Assembly: GCA_905178155.1 (NCBI GenBank)
Contig: CAJINV010000005.1
Span: 1,156,392 to 1,220,391, forward strand
DNA length: 64,000 nucleotides
Direction of reading: 5' to 3'
Origin: Amoebophrya sp. A120
Lineage: Eukaryota; Protista; Dinoflagellata
Position 1 is the stretch's first letter; the number at the start of each line of letters is the position of its first letter. This document shows, piece after piece, positions 10,622 to 22,873 of this stretch. The position numbers and the translations under genes were made by a program. The notes below the pieces were generated by a model. That model was not told where the DNA came from. It worked only from the letters and a program-made list of their open reading frames with translations, and did no database searches.

Positions 10622-13600
10622 ATGAGCAAAGAACAAAGAATGTGTCTCCGGGCGCAGGCAATGAAAAGGAAAAGCTCAACGACGACCTGTCAAGCCATGA
10701 TTGTCTGGGCATTAGCGTTTTCTTCTCCTCTTGCAGGCGTGCGTGCTTTCCGGTTTCAGCTAGAAGAAGCGAAGCTCCAGCCCTTCGGCACTACCGCTCA
10801 CCGTCATTATTTCGATCGCAAGAACGGAAACAACAAGGACACCAACCTGACCGGTGATGAAGGTTTTGCTGAGAAACGCGAGATGACAAAGCAGCTCGAG
10901 CAGTGTCCTCGTCCCATTGATTGGGACCCTGCGTACGAGATATTTTCCGTCAGGGACATTGCGGAAATGTTAGCGCTATGGATTGCAAAAGTGTCTAGCT
11001 CTGGAACAAGGTTGAAACCTGTGATGCGCATTTCAGAATGCAGAAAAATCTCTCATGCATAGGCAGCAAAAGTCGCCCACTTTCTGTCACAAAAATCAGG
11101 GATTTGTCGTGCGGATTCGGCATTGCGAACGCTTCTCGAAACCTGTGATGCTAGAGCTTCCATGCTAGACCTTCTGTGTCATGCACAAGCAGCATGATTC
11201 TTCCAGACCCAGACATTTTTACATTTGATAAGCGCGACAGCTAAAAATGGGCGGGGTCGACGCAATGATGCAGGCCTTGGCGAAGAGGCTCCAGAAGTTC
11301 TCGACCAAGTCCATGAATGTGGAGTACCATGACCGAGCCGTGTTCGAAGCCATGGTGGGAAAAGCTGCAGACGATGATAAAGCGAACGGCAAAACGGACC
11401 TTGGCAACCTCGGGGCCTACGTGACGAAACTGGCGGCCAAGTGCGCGTGGGTGAAGTTGGTGCGGGGAAGTTCGGGGTGGCAGGAGTGCTTCATATCCTG
11501 AGTAAAAACGTCCCCATACGAGAGTCAAGATGGGAAATGTGCTAGACAAAGGAGCCAGCTTTGGTTGTTTCGCATGACACGTTTGTACTCGTAGTGTAGT
11601 GCTGTTTAGCTAGTTCAGAAGCATCACTTACCTAGCACATCATGCTGATTCTAGCATCACAAATACCAGAACACGACGAGAAAACGCGTCTCATACAGCT
11701 CCGCATGAGAAACTTTTTGGCACGCAGATTTGCGGGACAACTCTGGCGTGGGGACGTTTTTACACAGGATACTTCACGAAGGAGATTTACAAGGTGTACC
11801 AGGAAGCCACTTGGCAAGACGCGAAATGCTACGCGGAAGCGGCGGAACGATGGATCTCTAAGGGAGGACTGTCGGCTGGTGGTGAGGACGAACTACGCAA
11901 CATTACCAGCGTGGACCAGATTCTCGCGTCCGGCGTGGCAGGTGTTGCCAGCAGCAGTGGCACAACTACAACTTCTGGCGCAACAACTGCAAGCTCAAGC
12001 ACGGTGTTGAACAACAAGCCGAGTACAACTGTTGAAACGAAGAAAGCGGAACTGCTTCGCTCGTTCAAAAATGCAGGGTTGGTGCACGACAGTGCTGCTC
12101 TGCCGCCGGAGGACCTAGCGAGGAAGATTTGCGAGATGGAGCTTGTAGCACCGGAAATTTGCCAGAGTGATCATCAAAAAATGGACGACGACGAGGATGT
12201 TAAGGAAGAAGCAGAAGCGCTCGATTCTAACGTTGGCAGGAGGACTTCTTGTTCAGCGGACGTTGAAACAGCCGGCTCTGAAGAAGAGTCCGACAGTGAT
12301 GTTGACAACTGCTCGACGGACTCCGTCGAGGCGGAAGGTGAAGAAGGTCGGGTTCTACAGGATGGACCACGTGGTCCTGGGTCTCCTGCACGAGGATCAG
12401 CTGCCACTCCTCTTGCAGATGCCCTCAACCTTGTGAAAGGTCCGCAGAAACGGGCGTCTGCGAAAGCTAAAGGCTGCATCGAATTCCGATCCGACATGAT
12501 GAGCCCGCAGTGGATGTTTTTTCTGGACAGTGAAAACAAGCAGGGGTTTCTGACCATCCGGGGTACGGTTTACCTTGACGACTGGAATACGAATTTCAAC
12601 AGCTCGGGGGATCGGGCCAGCCCGGTGTACGCGGAATACAAGCATTCTATGCCCGCCGCAAAGTCCGCGTTGTCGATGGGTACGAACCCAGAGGAGGAGA
12701 AGGAGTTGGGACCCTTTTTGATGCTGCACAAAGGTTTTTACGACCGCGCGGCCACGGCAATCATGGAACTGGAGGTGGAGTTGTGGAAGCAGAGCAAGAA
12801 GATTGCGCAACAAGAACAGCGCGTGGCCGAGGAGAAGATGAGCAAAGACGAAGGAGGTCGTGATGAGGATGATGGAGCAGGTACTAGTGGTAGTGAACGT
12901 GAACAAACGGTGGAAACCGAAACGGCTCCTGTGATGATCCGCGATTCCACGAGCAACTGCGATCCAGCCGACGAGGAAGTACTCGCTTTCGAAAAGCAAG
13001 CGGGGACAGAGAGTCACAAAAGCGACGTGTTCCGGAATTTCGCGGAAGAAAAAACTTACCTGGAAAAGCGCCAAACCAAATTGCCGACCTGCTTTGTCGA
13101 ATATCTGAAAAAAAACATCGCAACTAAAATCTCCGACAAGCTGTTCCTCCAGGGCCACTCGTTGGGCGGCGCCGCGGCATTGGTGATTCACCGTCTGAGG
13201 GAAAAGTCCGACCTATTGCAAGCGATGACGAACAACTCTGCCGGGAAAAAGATCCACACGAACGCGTTCTCCGCGCCCCCAATGTTCACGTCCGGGTCGC
13301 CGGAGCAGGCAAAGCTGGCTTTTGTGTACCTCGCCACCGGGAAACTCGCCAACTGGGCGCTGGATGTAAACCGCGTGCTTGCGGGCGACTACCGCTGCTC
13401 CTGGCTTGAGGAGCTCGCGACGGAGTTTCCGGACGGTGACTTGAATAAACAGGAGACTATATTGTGGAAGAACTCCACGAACCTGTTTTTCAATTTCGAC
13501 TTTGTGCCCCGGCTCGCGTTCATGAACGTGCAGAAGGAGCAAATTGTCCTCCCGCCCGTAGAGAAAGTTTTCTGGCTTCGCGACACCGCGCCCGCGGGGC

Positions 13601-14187
13601 TGCAAGAAAAGTTGGACAAGTGCGGGAAAAGCTGCAGCAAAACTCTTACCCGCGTCGCTACCGTATTCCGGGTTCCGCTTTACGCGCAAGCGACGGTCTT
13701 GTCGAGTCTAGACCAGATGCTCTCGCCGTATCCAAAGGAATTCTTGCTGGACGCAGTACAGGAACACCAGATGCCTACTTACGAACCGCTGTTGGTGGCC
13801 TTGTTAGGAGGAAAGAACAGCAAGAAAGATAGCCTGTCTGCTGGTGTAGCAAGTCTTGAAGTGGGGATGAAGGGTGAAGAGAAAAGCGTCCCTGCTTCTG
13901 AGACGCAGAACGTACAAGAATTTGAGCTGGAGCGACCGCGCGGTGAGGACAACGTCGAGAACCTTCTCGCCAATAGCAAAAGGAACAGCACTTCTGGAAA
14001 CAAGAAGGGCTTTCTTGATGAGGTTAAAGAATCTACTGCGGAGGTGGATGATGATGTTGATGACGTTGACGAGGATAAAAACAGCGAAGAAGAAGACCAA
14101 GAACCTGTTGCTTCCATGCCGCTCCCGCCGATCGTTACTCCGGCAGAGTACATGGAAATGACATATGGGGACATGACTATACACTAG
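10622..14187 (+). CDS. Class 3 lipase (alpha/beta hydrolase), copy A; 2 introners
   Basis: GHSLGG nucleophile motif, FLTIRGT, HKGFY, NFDFVPRL; N-terminal hydrophobic stretch; colinear with copy B after removing 10977-11230 and 11494-11771 plus one TSD each. Confidence 0.88.
10977..11230. mobile_element. Introner, TIR group A (254 bp); empty site in paralog
   Basis: TSD AGCGC/AGCGC; the paralog at about 16775 has a single AGCGC and no insert. Confidence 0.95.
11494..11771. mobile_element. Introner, TIR group B (278 bp); empty site in paralog
   Basis: TIR TATCCTG(A/T)GTAAAAACGTCCCCA matches 22/23; TSD CTTCA/CTTCA; the paralog at about 17033 has a single CTTCA. Confidence 0.96.
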
Positions 14188-16208
14188 AAAAGTTTACAAA
14201 TATATATCTGAAAGAATAAATTTTTGAGATCTTCATCTCCCGCTTTATTTTTTGCGATGGGCTCTACCTTTGACTTTGTGTTTATGGAAGCTCGGCGTGT
14301 GGCACATTCGCACTCTTTTAGCAACCGTAAACAAGGTCGAAGTCCAGCAGACGAAGAAGCTGAGCCTGAAGCTGCATCGAGCTGATGCACTTTGGCAAGA
14401 CAAAAGAATCAAAATTCAATAAATTTTGAATTTTATTATAATGAAATTCAATGTGAGAAATGCAGGGCGTTGAAATGAAGATGCAAAATACGTGTGATGA
14501 TGTCTGCAACAAAGCACTTTGATTTTTGTTTTTGTTTTTGCAGACAGTTACTCGCAGGCCATAAGAGGCGAGCAAAGGCTTGTTTTTGTTTTTGCACAAT
14601 TTTGGGATGTAACATTTTGTTTTACGAACCTCGCAGGATGACCAAGGCCTGTGGCCGACGTTTGCTGCACATGAAATTGAAAAAAGCTGTATCGATGAGA
14701 TTTTTACATGACCGCCTGTGGATATGAAAAGCAAATTGTGCCTCTATCCGCAGTGTTGTCGTGCGAAAAATGTAAGATGTGAACTGGCAACACCCGTGTA
14801 TGATGAGGCGAAAAGAAGTATGAAGCCTAAGAAGCTTCCGAAAGCAAAAGCATTGAATACAATAAATGTACCATCCATCCGACCGACAAATGAAGCGCTA
14901 AAGGAAAAAGGTGAGTAATCGCGTTTCCACCCTGCCGCATAACTACAAACAAACAACAAACAAGATAAAGGCAGTAGGTAGAACATGAACATGGCAAAAG
15001 AACCTAAAACCCACCCTAGGAAGAAGTCGATCATGGAACTCAAGTACTTCAGAGCTAGTCTGGCATGTTGACCGTAGTGGTCTTTTGATTTTGCACAGTA
15101 ACTCCGACGTCTACGGTAACATGCCGAGAAGCGAATACGAAATGTATGGATGAAATGAAACTGTGATGAACAAGAAGTACTGAAAGTACGTGACGAATCT
15201 GAAGAAGAAAAAGTTGGAGCCTAGGAAGAAGAGCACTATTATAAACGAGTTTACGGCGTGGGCGTCGAGGGGTGTCCTCTGGTGATGCTTCCGCGACAGG
15301 ATATTTTCTACCCTGGCAGACTCATGTTCGTTGTGTCTTTATTGCACACTAGATCATTTCAGTTGGATCAAGTAGAAGATGACTGTGACAGAACTCCCTT
15401 CTGACACTGTAGCACCGCTACAGTTGTGTCGTCAACATGTATTTACATAAATCGCAAAAGTTAAAGTTCTCGCTCTTCTTCCAAGAATCAAGATCATGAA
15501 GGATCTCATCAAGTCCCCAGATCTCAAGGTCAAAAATCTCTACACAGAAGAATCTTCTGCTGTATTCCTGGACTGTCGGCACACGAACGATCCAGCGATC
15601 GCCGCGAGCTGAACCCTGTGGTCCTCGCCGAAGTTGATCTATTGATGCTTTTGCCGGTGGGACGTTCCAGAAAAGTCCCGCCTTCCTGATCTGCTCGTCA
15701 TGTTGATTATTTCTCGGCCATGTGCTAATCGAAAACGCAGAAATAATCAATTAGTATTAAGAAAACATCAAACCACTCCGCAGCTACACAAATTATCACC
15801 CTACTTAGAGGCTGAAATAGTCTTCTTGTGTGCAGACATAAGCTTCACTGTAGTACTATACCAAAGTAGGATTTTGCTTCATCCGTTTTGTGAAAAACCA
15901 AAAAGCTTCACTAGGAGAGTGGAAAACTCTCTTCAAGTTGTACCACATATTAAGAACCAGAAATCACCAACAATAATTTCTTGAGAAAAAATTTTAATTG
16001 ACACCCGACCCTCAATCCGCTGTAAGATTTGGGAATCAATCGTAATTTGTACTACGCTGTAAGATTGTATACTTAGTACTTGTGCAAGAATAGTTGCTAT
16101 AATAGACGAAAAAGTAAAGGTAAAGGAAACGCAAAATACGTATTAATCATTGTGTTTACCTGAAACTTGTTACGAACCCTTTTCTTCTAACAAAAAGAAA
16201 AAACAAAC

Positions 16209-19200
16209 ATGAGCAAAGAACAAAGAATGTGTCTCCGGGCGCGGGCAATGAAAACGAAAAGCTCAACGACCTGTCAAGCTATGATGTTCTGGGCATTTGC
16301 GTTTTCGACTTCGCTTGCAGGCGTGCGTGCTTTCCGGTTTCACCCAGAAGAAGTGGAGCTCCAGACCTTCGGCACTACTCCTTCCGCTCACCGCCATTAT
16401 TTCGATCGCAACGGAAACAACAACGACACCAACCTGATCGGTGATGAAGGTTTTGCTGAGATGAATGAGGCGGCCACGGCCATCTGGACAAAGACTCCAC
16501 CTGCGCATCATGATTCTAAAGTTGGAACGGGAAAAAGTGCAGCCGGAGAAGAACTTCGAAAAGATGAAACAACAAAGGCCGTAGTTGAAGTAGCTCCCAC
16601 GAGAAAACAAATGATGCAAAATAGTAAGTTGGATCGTGCAAAATCCATGCTCTCCGGAACAAATGACAAAGCCAAAAAACTGAAACGCGAGGTGACAAAG
16701 CAGCTCGAACGGGGTCCCACTGATTTTGACCCTGCGTACCAGATATTTTCTGCCAAGGACATTGCGGAAATGTTAGCGCAACAGCTGAAACTGGGCGGCC
16801 TCGACGCGGCGATGCAGGCCTTGGCGAAAAGGCTCCAGAAGTTTTCGACCAAGTCCATGAATGTGGAGTACCATGACCGAGCCGTGTTCCACGCGATGGT
16901 TGGAAAGGCTGCAGACGATACTAAAGCGAACGGCAAAACGGCCCTTGGCAACCTCGGGGCCTACGTGGCAAAACTGGCGGCCAAGTGCGCCTGCGTGAAG
17001 TGGTGGCGGGGAAGTTCGGGGTGGCAGGAGTGCTTCACGAAGGAGATTTACAAGGTATACCAGGAAGCCACTTGGCAAGACGCGAAATGCTACGCGGAAG
17101 TGGGGGAACGATGGAATTTCAAGGGAGGAGGACTGTCGGCTGGTGGAGGCGCTGGGGACGATGAGGAACATCAACTACGCATGATCACCAGCGTGGACCA
17201 GATCCTCTCCGGTCGTGTAGCAGGTGTTGCCAGCAGTGCGACAACTACAATTGCCGGTGGAAAAAGAACTTCTACAAGTACGATGCTGAACAACAAGCCG
17301 AGTGCTGTTGAAACGAAGAAAGCGGAAATGCTTCGCTCGTTCAAAAATGCCCGGTTGGTGTACGAAAGTGCTCTGCCGGTGAAGGACCTAGCGAGCAAGA
17401 TCTGCGAGATGGAGCTTGTCGGACCGGAAAATTGCCAGAGTGAAGATCGTCAACAAATGGACGACGAGGAGGATGTTGAGGAAGAAGCAGAAGCGCTCGA
17501 AGATGTTGATTCTAACGTTGGCAGGAGGACTTCTTGTTCTGCGGACGTTGAAACAGCCGACTCTGAAGAAGAGTCCGACAGTGATGACAACTGCTCGACG
17601 GACTCCGTCGAGGCGGAAGATGAAGAAGGTCGGGTTCTACAGGATGGACCACGTCATGGTTCTCCTGCACGAAGATCAGCTGCTGCCACTCCTCTTACAG
17701 TTACCCTCAACCTTTTGACCGGTCCGCAGAAACGGGCGAGCGCAAAAGCTAAAAGCATCGAATTCCGATCCGACAAGATGAGCCCGCAGTGGATGTTTTT
17801 TCTGGACAGTGAAAACAAGCAGGGGTTTCTGACCATCCGGGGTACGGTTTACTTTGACGACTGGAACACGAATTTCAATAGCTCGGGGGATCGGACCAGC
17901 CCGGTCTACGCGGAATACAAGCATTTTATGCCCGCCGCAAAGTCCGCGCTGTCGATGGGCGCGAACCCAGAGCAGGAGGAGTTGGGACCCTTCTTGATAC
18001 TGCACAAAGGTTTTTACGACCGCGCGGCCACGGCAATCATGGAACTGGAGGTGGCGTTGTTGGCGCAGAGCAAGATTGTTGTGCAACAAGAACAGCGTGT
18101 CGTGGTCCAGGAGATGAAGAAAGACGAAGGAGGTCGTGATGGAGATGATGAAGCAGGTACTAGTGAACATGCGCAAACGGTGGAAACCGAGACGGCTCCC
18201 GTGAAAGTAATCCGCGATGCCACGACCACTTGCGATCAAGCCGACGAGGAACTCCTCGCTTTCGAAAAGCAAGCGGGGACAGAGAGTCACAAAAGAGACG
18301 TGTTCCGCAATTTCGCGGAAGGAAAATCGTACCTGGAAAAGCGCCAAACCAAATTGCCGACCTGCTTTGTGGAATATCTGAAAAAAAACATCGCGACTAA
18401 AATCTCCGACAAGCTGTTCCTCCAGGGCCACTCGTTGGGCGGCGCCGCGGCATTGGTGATTCACCGTCTGAGGGAAAAGTCCGACCTATTGCAAGCGATG
18501 ACGAACAACTCTGCCGGGAAAAAGATCCACACGAACGCGTTCTCCGCGCCCCCAATGTTCACGTCCGGGTCGCCGGAACAGGCAAAGCTGGCTTTTGTGT
18601 ACCTCGCCACCGGGAAACTCGCGAACTGGGCGCTCAATGTAAACCGCGTCTTTGCGGGCAACTACCGCTGCTCCTGGCTGCAGGAGCTCGCGACGGAGTT
18701 TCCGCATGATAATTTAAACAAGCAGGAAACCAGACTGTGGAAGAACTCTACGAACCTGTTTTTCAATTTCGACCCGGTGCCCCGGCTCGCGTTCATGAAC
18801 GTGCAGAAGGATCAAATTGTCCTCCCCCCCGTGGAGAAAGTTTTCTGGCTTCGCGACACCGCACCCGCGGGGCTGCAAGAAAAGTTGGACAAGTGCGGAA
18901 AAAGCTGCAGCAGAACTCTTACCCGCGTTGCTACCGTATTCCGGGTTCCGCTTTACGCGCAAGCGACGGTCTTGTCGAGTCTAGACCAGATGCTCTCGCC
19001 CTATCCAAAGGAATTCTTGCTGGACGCAGTGGAGGAACACAAAGCGAATACTTACGAACCGCTGTTGGTGGCCTTGTTAGGAGGAAAGAACAGCAAGAAA
19101 GATAGCCCGATATCATCTGGTGAAGCGAGTCTTGAATTGGGGATGAAGGGTGAACAAGAGAACAGCGTCCCTACTTCTGAGACGCAGAACGTACAAGAAT

Positions 19201-19475
19201 TACAGCTGGAGCAACCGCGCGGTGAGGAGAACGTCGAGAACCTCCTCGCCAATAGCAAAAGGAACGGCACTTCTGGAAACAAGAAAAAATTTCTTGATGA
19301 GGTTAAAGAACTTACTGCGGAGGTGGATGATGATGTTGATGACGTTGACGAGGATAAAAACAGCGAAGAAGAAGAGCAAGACCCTGTTGCTTCCATGCCG
19401 CTCCCGCCGATCGTTACTCCGGCAGACTACATGGAGAGAGCACACTGGAACTTGAGTATACATACTAGTAAGTGA
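16209..19475 (+). CDS. Class 3 lipase, copy B (intronless, 1088 aa)
   Basis: Single ORF with GHSLGG, FLTIRGT, HKGFY, NFDPVPRL. Confidence 0.9.
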   Translation: MSKEQRMCLRARAMKTKSSTTCQAMMFWAFAFSTSLAGVRAFRFHPEEVELQTFGTTPSAHRHYFDRNGNNNDTNLIGDEGFAEMNEAATAIWTKTPPAHHDSKVGTGKSAAGEELRKDETTKAVVEVAPTRKQMMQNSKLDRAKSMLSGTNDKAKKLKREVTKQLERGPTDFDPAYQIFSAKDIAEMLAQQLKLGGLDAAMQALAKRLQKFSTKSMNVEYHDRAVFHAMVGKAADDTKANGKTALGNLGAYVAKLAAKCACVKWWRGSSGWQECFTKEIYKVYQEATWQDAKCYAEVGERWNFKGGGLSAGGGAGDDEEHQLRMITSVDQILSGRVAGVASSATTTIAGGKRTSTSTMLNNKPSAVETKKAEMLRSFKNARLVYESALPVKDLASKICEMELVGPENCQSEDRQQMDDEEDVEEEAEALEDVDSNVGRRTSCSADVETADSEEESDSDDNCSTDSVEAEDEEGRVLQDGPRHGSPARRSAAATPLTVTLNLLTGPQKRASAKAKSIEFRSDKMSPQWMFFLDSENKQGFLTIRGTVYFDDWNTNFNSSGDRTSPVYAEYKHFMPAAKSALSMGANPEQEELGPFLILHKGFYDRAATAIMELEVALLAQSKIVVQQEQRVVVQEMKKDEGGRDGDDEAGTSEHAQTVETETAPVKVIRDATTTCDQADEELLAFEKQAGTESHKRDVFRNFAEGKSYLEKRQTKLPTCFVEYLKKNIATKISDKLFLQGHSLGGAAALVIHRLREKSDLLQAMTNNSAGKKIHTNAFSAPPMFTSGSPEQAKLAFVYLATGKLANWALNVNRVFAGNYRCSWLQELATEFPHDNLNKQETRLWKNSTNLFFNFDPVPRLAFMNVQKDQIVLPPVEKVFWLRDTAPAGLQEKLDKCGKSCSRTLTRVATVFRVPLYAQATVLSSLDQMLSPYPKEFLLDAVEEHKANTYEPLLVALLGGKNSKKDSPISSGEASLELGMKGEQENSVPTSETQNVQELQLEQPRGEENVENLLANSKRNGTSGNKKKFLDEVKELTAEVDDDVDDVDEDKNSEEEEQDPVASMPLPPIVTPADYMERAHWNLSIHTSK

Positions 19476-20811
19476 AATTTACAATAAATATATATCTGAA
19501 AGAACACTTTGTTTTACAATAAATATATATCTGACTTTGATGAGACCTTCTCCTGCTCTATTTTTTGCGATGGACTCTACTATTGTGTTTATGGAAGCTC
19601 GTCGTGTGGCATATTCGCACTCTTTTAGCAACCGTAAACAAGGTCGAAGTCCAGCAGACGAAGGAGCTGAACGTGAAGCTGCATCGAGTTGATGCAATTT
19701 GGCAAAGCAAAAGAATCAAAATTCAAAAAATTCAATGTGTGAAATGCAGTGTGTTGAAGATGTAAAATACGTGTAGTGATGTCTACAATAAAGATAAAGA
19801 AATTTGAGGATATGACACTTTCTTTGTTTTATGAGCCTCGCAGGACGACCAAGGCCTGAGGCCGACGTTTGCTGCACATGAAATTGGAAAAAGTTGTATC
19901 GATGAGATTTTTACAAGACCGCCTGTGGATATGAAAAGCAAATATGCCTTTATCCGCAGTGCTGTCGTGCGAAAGATGTAAGAATTGGACTGGGAACACC
20001 CGTGTAAGATCGAATAAATGTGAAAAGATTGATGTTAACTGCACTTCCGTGTATGATATTACGACGCGAAAATAAGTATGAAGCCTAAAAAGAAGTTTCC
20101 GAATCCGAAAGCATTGAAATGTACCATCTGACGACAAATGAAAATCCCCCGTCAGAATATATGAAAGCAGTAAGTACAACGTGAACAACATGGAAAAAGA
20201 ACCTAGAACCCACCCTACGAAGAAGTCGATCATAGAACTACCGTAGAGCTAGTATGGCATGTTGACCGAAGAAGTGGTCTTTTGTACAGTAACTCCGACG
20301 TCTGCGTCGACATGCCGAGAAACGAATTGTATGGATGAAACTGTGATGAACAAGAAGTCTGAAAGTACGTGACGAATCTGAAGAAGAAAAAGTTGGAGCC
20401 AAGAACAACACTACTTATTATAACGAGTTTGCGCCGTCGAGGAGTGTCCTCTGGTGATGCTTCCGCGACAGGATATTTTCCACCCTGGCAGAGTCATGTT
20501 CGTTGTGTCGGCACACTATAGCATTTTTGTTCGTTTCAGTTTCTTTTGCGTGATGATAGATTCTGCAGGCCAGCCAGTAGACATCAGATCTGCCAGGAAA
20601 AGGAGACCAAAAAAGATGAAGTCGATGAGCGAAACGCTTCCTGAGCAGGTGCGATGAGAGAAAGACAGAGAGCAGCGTTCGTGGTGCACAGACACCAAGG
20701 CATGTTTTTTTAAATTCAAGATTTTGATTGCACAAAGATCGATGCAACTGGCACTGCAGGTTGAATTGATTTGGGTTCAGCTTCTTCGCAAGGTGCCGTG
20801 CGTAAACAAAG

Positions 20812-22359
20812 ATGTCCGGCAACAGTGGCATCGTCGGCCAAGAGGCCTTCCTAACCGAGTTCCAGTATCACCCGGGCATCCACCCGAAAGGCACCCCCGC
20901 GAGTATGGCCGGTGCGCGGGTGAAACTCCCCTGGAACGAAGCCGTCGTGCAGGAGTGCAAGGGGTGGGGCAAGGTGATTCTCGGCCATCGACCGCACCAC
21001 ACCAGGCCGCACCTGCTAGAGAAGGTCGGGCGGCTGGGAAAAGTGGATAACTCTGCGACCGCTTCTACGGATGGCGGCATTGGTGCGCCGTTGGACAAGA
21101 GACGTAACTCAACATCTGAGGGGGCAAGAACGGAAGGTGGCACCACTAGCCCGAGTGCAGAAATGCTTGAGAAAATTGGCGTAGTGCTTCAGCCTTTGCC
21201 ACCATCGCTGGAACCTGAAGACAGTGACGTCGGAGAAGGAAGAGGAGGAGGAGCGCAACAGCCCCCCGCTGCACTCACACAAGTTGTTGAAGAAAAGCTG
21301 CAAGGCGTCTTCACGGGCTCGTCCACGCAGCATCTTCACAAGTCTTCGTCTTCGAAAACAAGTCCATTAGCCGCTTCTGCTAACACTAGACCTAGAGCAG
21401 CCTCTGCAGTGCGTTCCGCGCCGCCCAACGGGAGTGCATTAAAAGTAAAAGCTGTAGAAGATGACCCAGACAGCACGACGAACCCGTTTTCCGCCCCCAA
21501 AGAGCTAAACGACACTCTGGGCGGCTTAATCCACGCCCGGTCCGTGTTCCAGCGGCGCGTCGCCCGCACTAATGTCGGCGTGAACTCGGTGACAAGTAAG
21601 AAGGTGGTGAAAATCGGGCCGGGCGTTTTGTACGTTGGGGACGTAGATTTCAAGAAGCGCCCGCACGGCGAGGGGACGCTGCTGATTGTGAACCAAGGGC
21701 AACGAGCGGCAGCTGTTTCTGCTGATAAGAAAACACCTCCTGCAGTGGATGTTGCAACGGAAGATGGCAATAACTACTGTCCGCCCCACGGTATTAAAGG
21801 TATTCGAGTTTCCTACCAGCAGCACGTGGGTCGGTTCGCAGAAGGGCGGGCCCACGGCGACGGCGTTTACCTTACCTCCGCCGGGCAAGTGCTCGTCGGC
21901 TCCTGGACGGAAAATAAGCGGGTTGGGGTGTTCCAATGCTTGGAAGCAACTGGGGTTGCGTTTGAAGAAAAGTACAACGAGAGCGGGAAGAAGATCGCGA
22001 GGAAAAAGATTATTATAGCTCGTGCACAGGAGCCCGCAGCGGCATCTGCATCGCTTTCGTCGGCTTCCGAAGGGAACGAAAAAGAGATTGAAAATGCAAC
22101 TACAAACGGCGCCACTGACCTCCCGGAAACTACAGCTACCCCCAGCACCACGACCAGCCAAGCGGAGACCTGCAGCAAATGCGGCTTTCTGTTCCACGCT
22201 GCGTACAACCACTCGCTCGCCTGCAGAACCCACGTTGCGAACTTCGTACAGGATGATAAGTCCGCGGATCCAAACAAGGGTATTTGGACCTGTTGCGGGG
22301 CCCGGGAGTGGGCTGATCTGGGATGCAACTTTGGGATGCATAGAAGCTGTTCAGCTTGA
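20812..22359 (+). CDS. MORN-repeat protein with C-terminal Cys/His zinc-binding motif
   Basis: YVGDVDFKKRPHGEG, HVGRFAEGRAHGDGVY and LVGSWTENKRVGVF are MORN-like; CSKC...CRTH...WTCC...GC...H at the C-terminus. Confidence 0.7.
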   Translation: MSGNSGIVGQEAFLTEFQYHPGIHPKGTPASMAGARVKLPWNEAVVQECKGWGKVILGHRPHHTRPHLLEKVGRLGKVDNSATASTDGGIGAPLDKRRNSTSEGARTEGGTTSPSAEMLEKIGVVLQPLPPSLEPEDSDVGEGRGGGAQQPPAALTQVVEEKLQGVFTGSSTQHLHKSSSSKTSPLAASANTRPRAASAVRSAPPNGSALKVKAVEDDPDSTTNPFSAPKELNDTLGGLIHARSVFQRRVARTNVGVNSVTSKKVVKIGPGVLYVGDVDFKKRPHGEGTLLIVNQGQRAAAVSADKKTPPAVDVATEDGNNYCPPHGIKGIRVSYQQHVGRFAEGRAHGDGVYLTSAGQVLVGSWTENKRVGVFQCLEATGVAFEEKYNESGKKIARKKIIIARAQEPAAASASLSSASEGNEKEIENATTNGATDLPETTATPSTTTSQAETCSKCGFLFHAAYNHSLACRTHVANFVQDDKSADPNKGIWTCCGAREWADLGCNFGMHRSCSA

Positions 22360-22873
22360 AGTCGTGAAGATGAGCTTCATTCTACTGCTCGAGTGTGAAG
22401 ATCTGAATCCTTTTTCTCTGAAATGGTTTGCGCCAGCGCACATGGGTGTGCATGTCTGTGCTCCGGGATTGAAATCAATGAACGAAGCTTACCTAAACAA
22501 AATCTAACGTCAAGGTGCGGGACCTATGTTTCGACTTTCTCCTTTACCTGTTTCAAAAATGGAACGCTGGCACGAATTATATTGAGTCGCATTTGAAGAT
22601 GCGTTGGTGGTCTTCATCATGGTCGCACTATTGATGGCTGCCCGACAACATGGTAATCGTATATTTACTTGTTCAATTTTTTGGTCCTTGTGTCATTCGA
22701 CCGGCGCTGGCGTCTGTGGAGACCGGGACTTTCTTTTCTTTTTTCCTTTGAAACAGAGTCACCTAAAGGACATTAGCGGTCTTCGATCAACATGGGATGA
22801 TACCCTGCAGCATAAGCTCGTTCTTTCTGAAGCTATTTTTCCTTATTCGCCGTTTTATTTTTCCTCCAACAAA

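Larger units (their letters stand above)
9714..20518 (+). repeat. Tandem segmental duplication (units about 9714-15350 and 15353-20518), each with a lipase gene and flanks
   Basis: ATCATTTCAGTTGGATCAAGTAGA at 9714 and 15353; CCCTGGCAGA(C/G)TCATGTTCGTTGTGTC near 15311 and 20483; intergenic DNA and CDS align throughout. Confidence 0.93.

Noticed and set aside
10977-11771. Tc1/mariner-type TA target duplication, or ciliate TA-bounded IES
   Set aside because: Empty sites in the paralog show the TA belongs to the element and the duplication is a 5-bp flanking sequence; leaving one TA does not restore the frame.
12397-18464. Long minus-strand ORFs (264 and 262 aa) and similar antisense ORFs elsewhere
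   Set aside because: Shadows of GC-rich + strand genes with no independent motifs; they repeat only because the lipase is duplicated.
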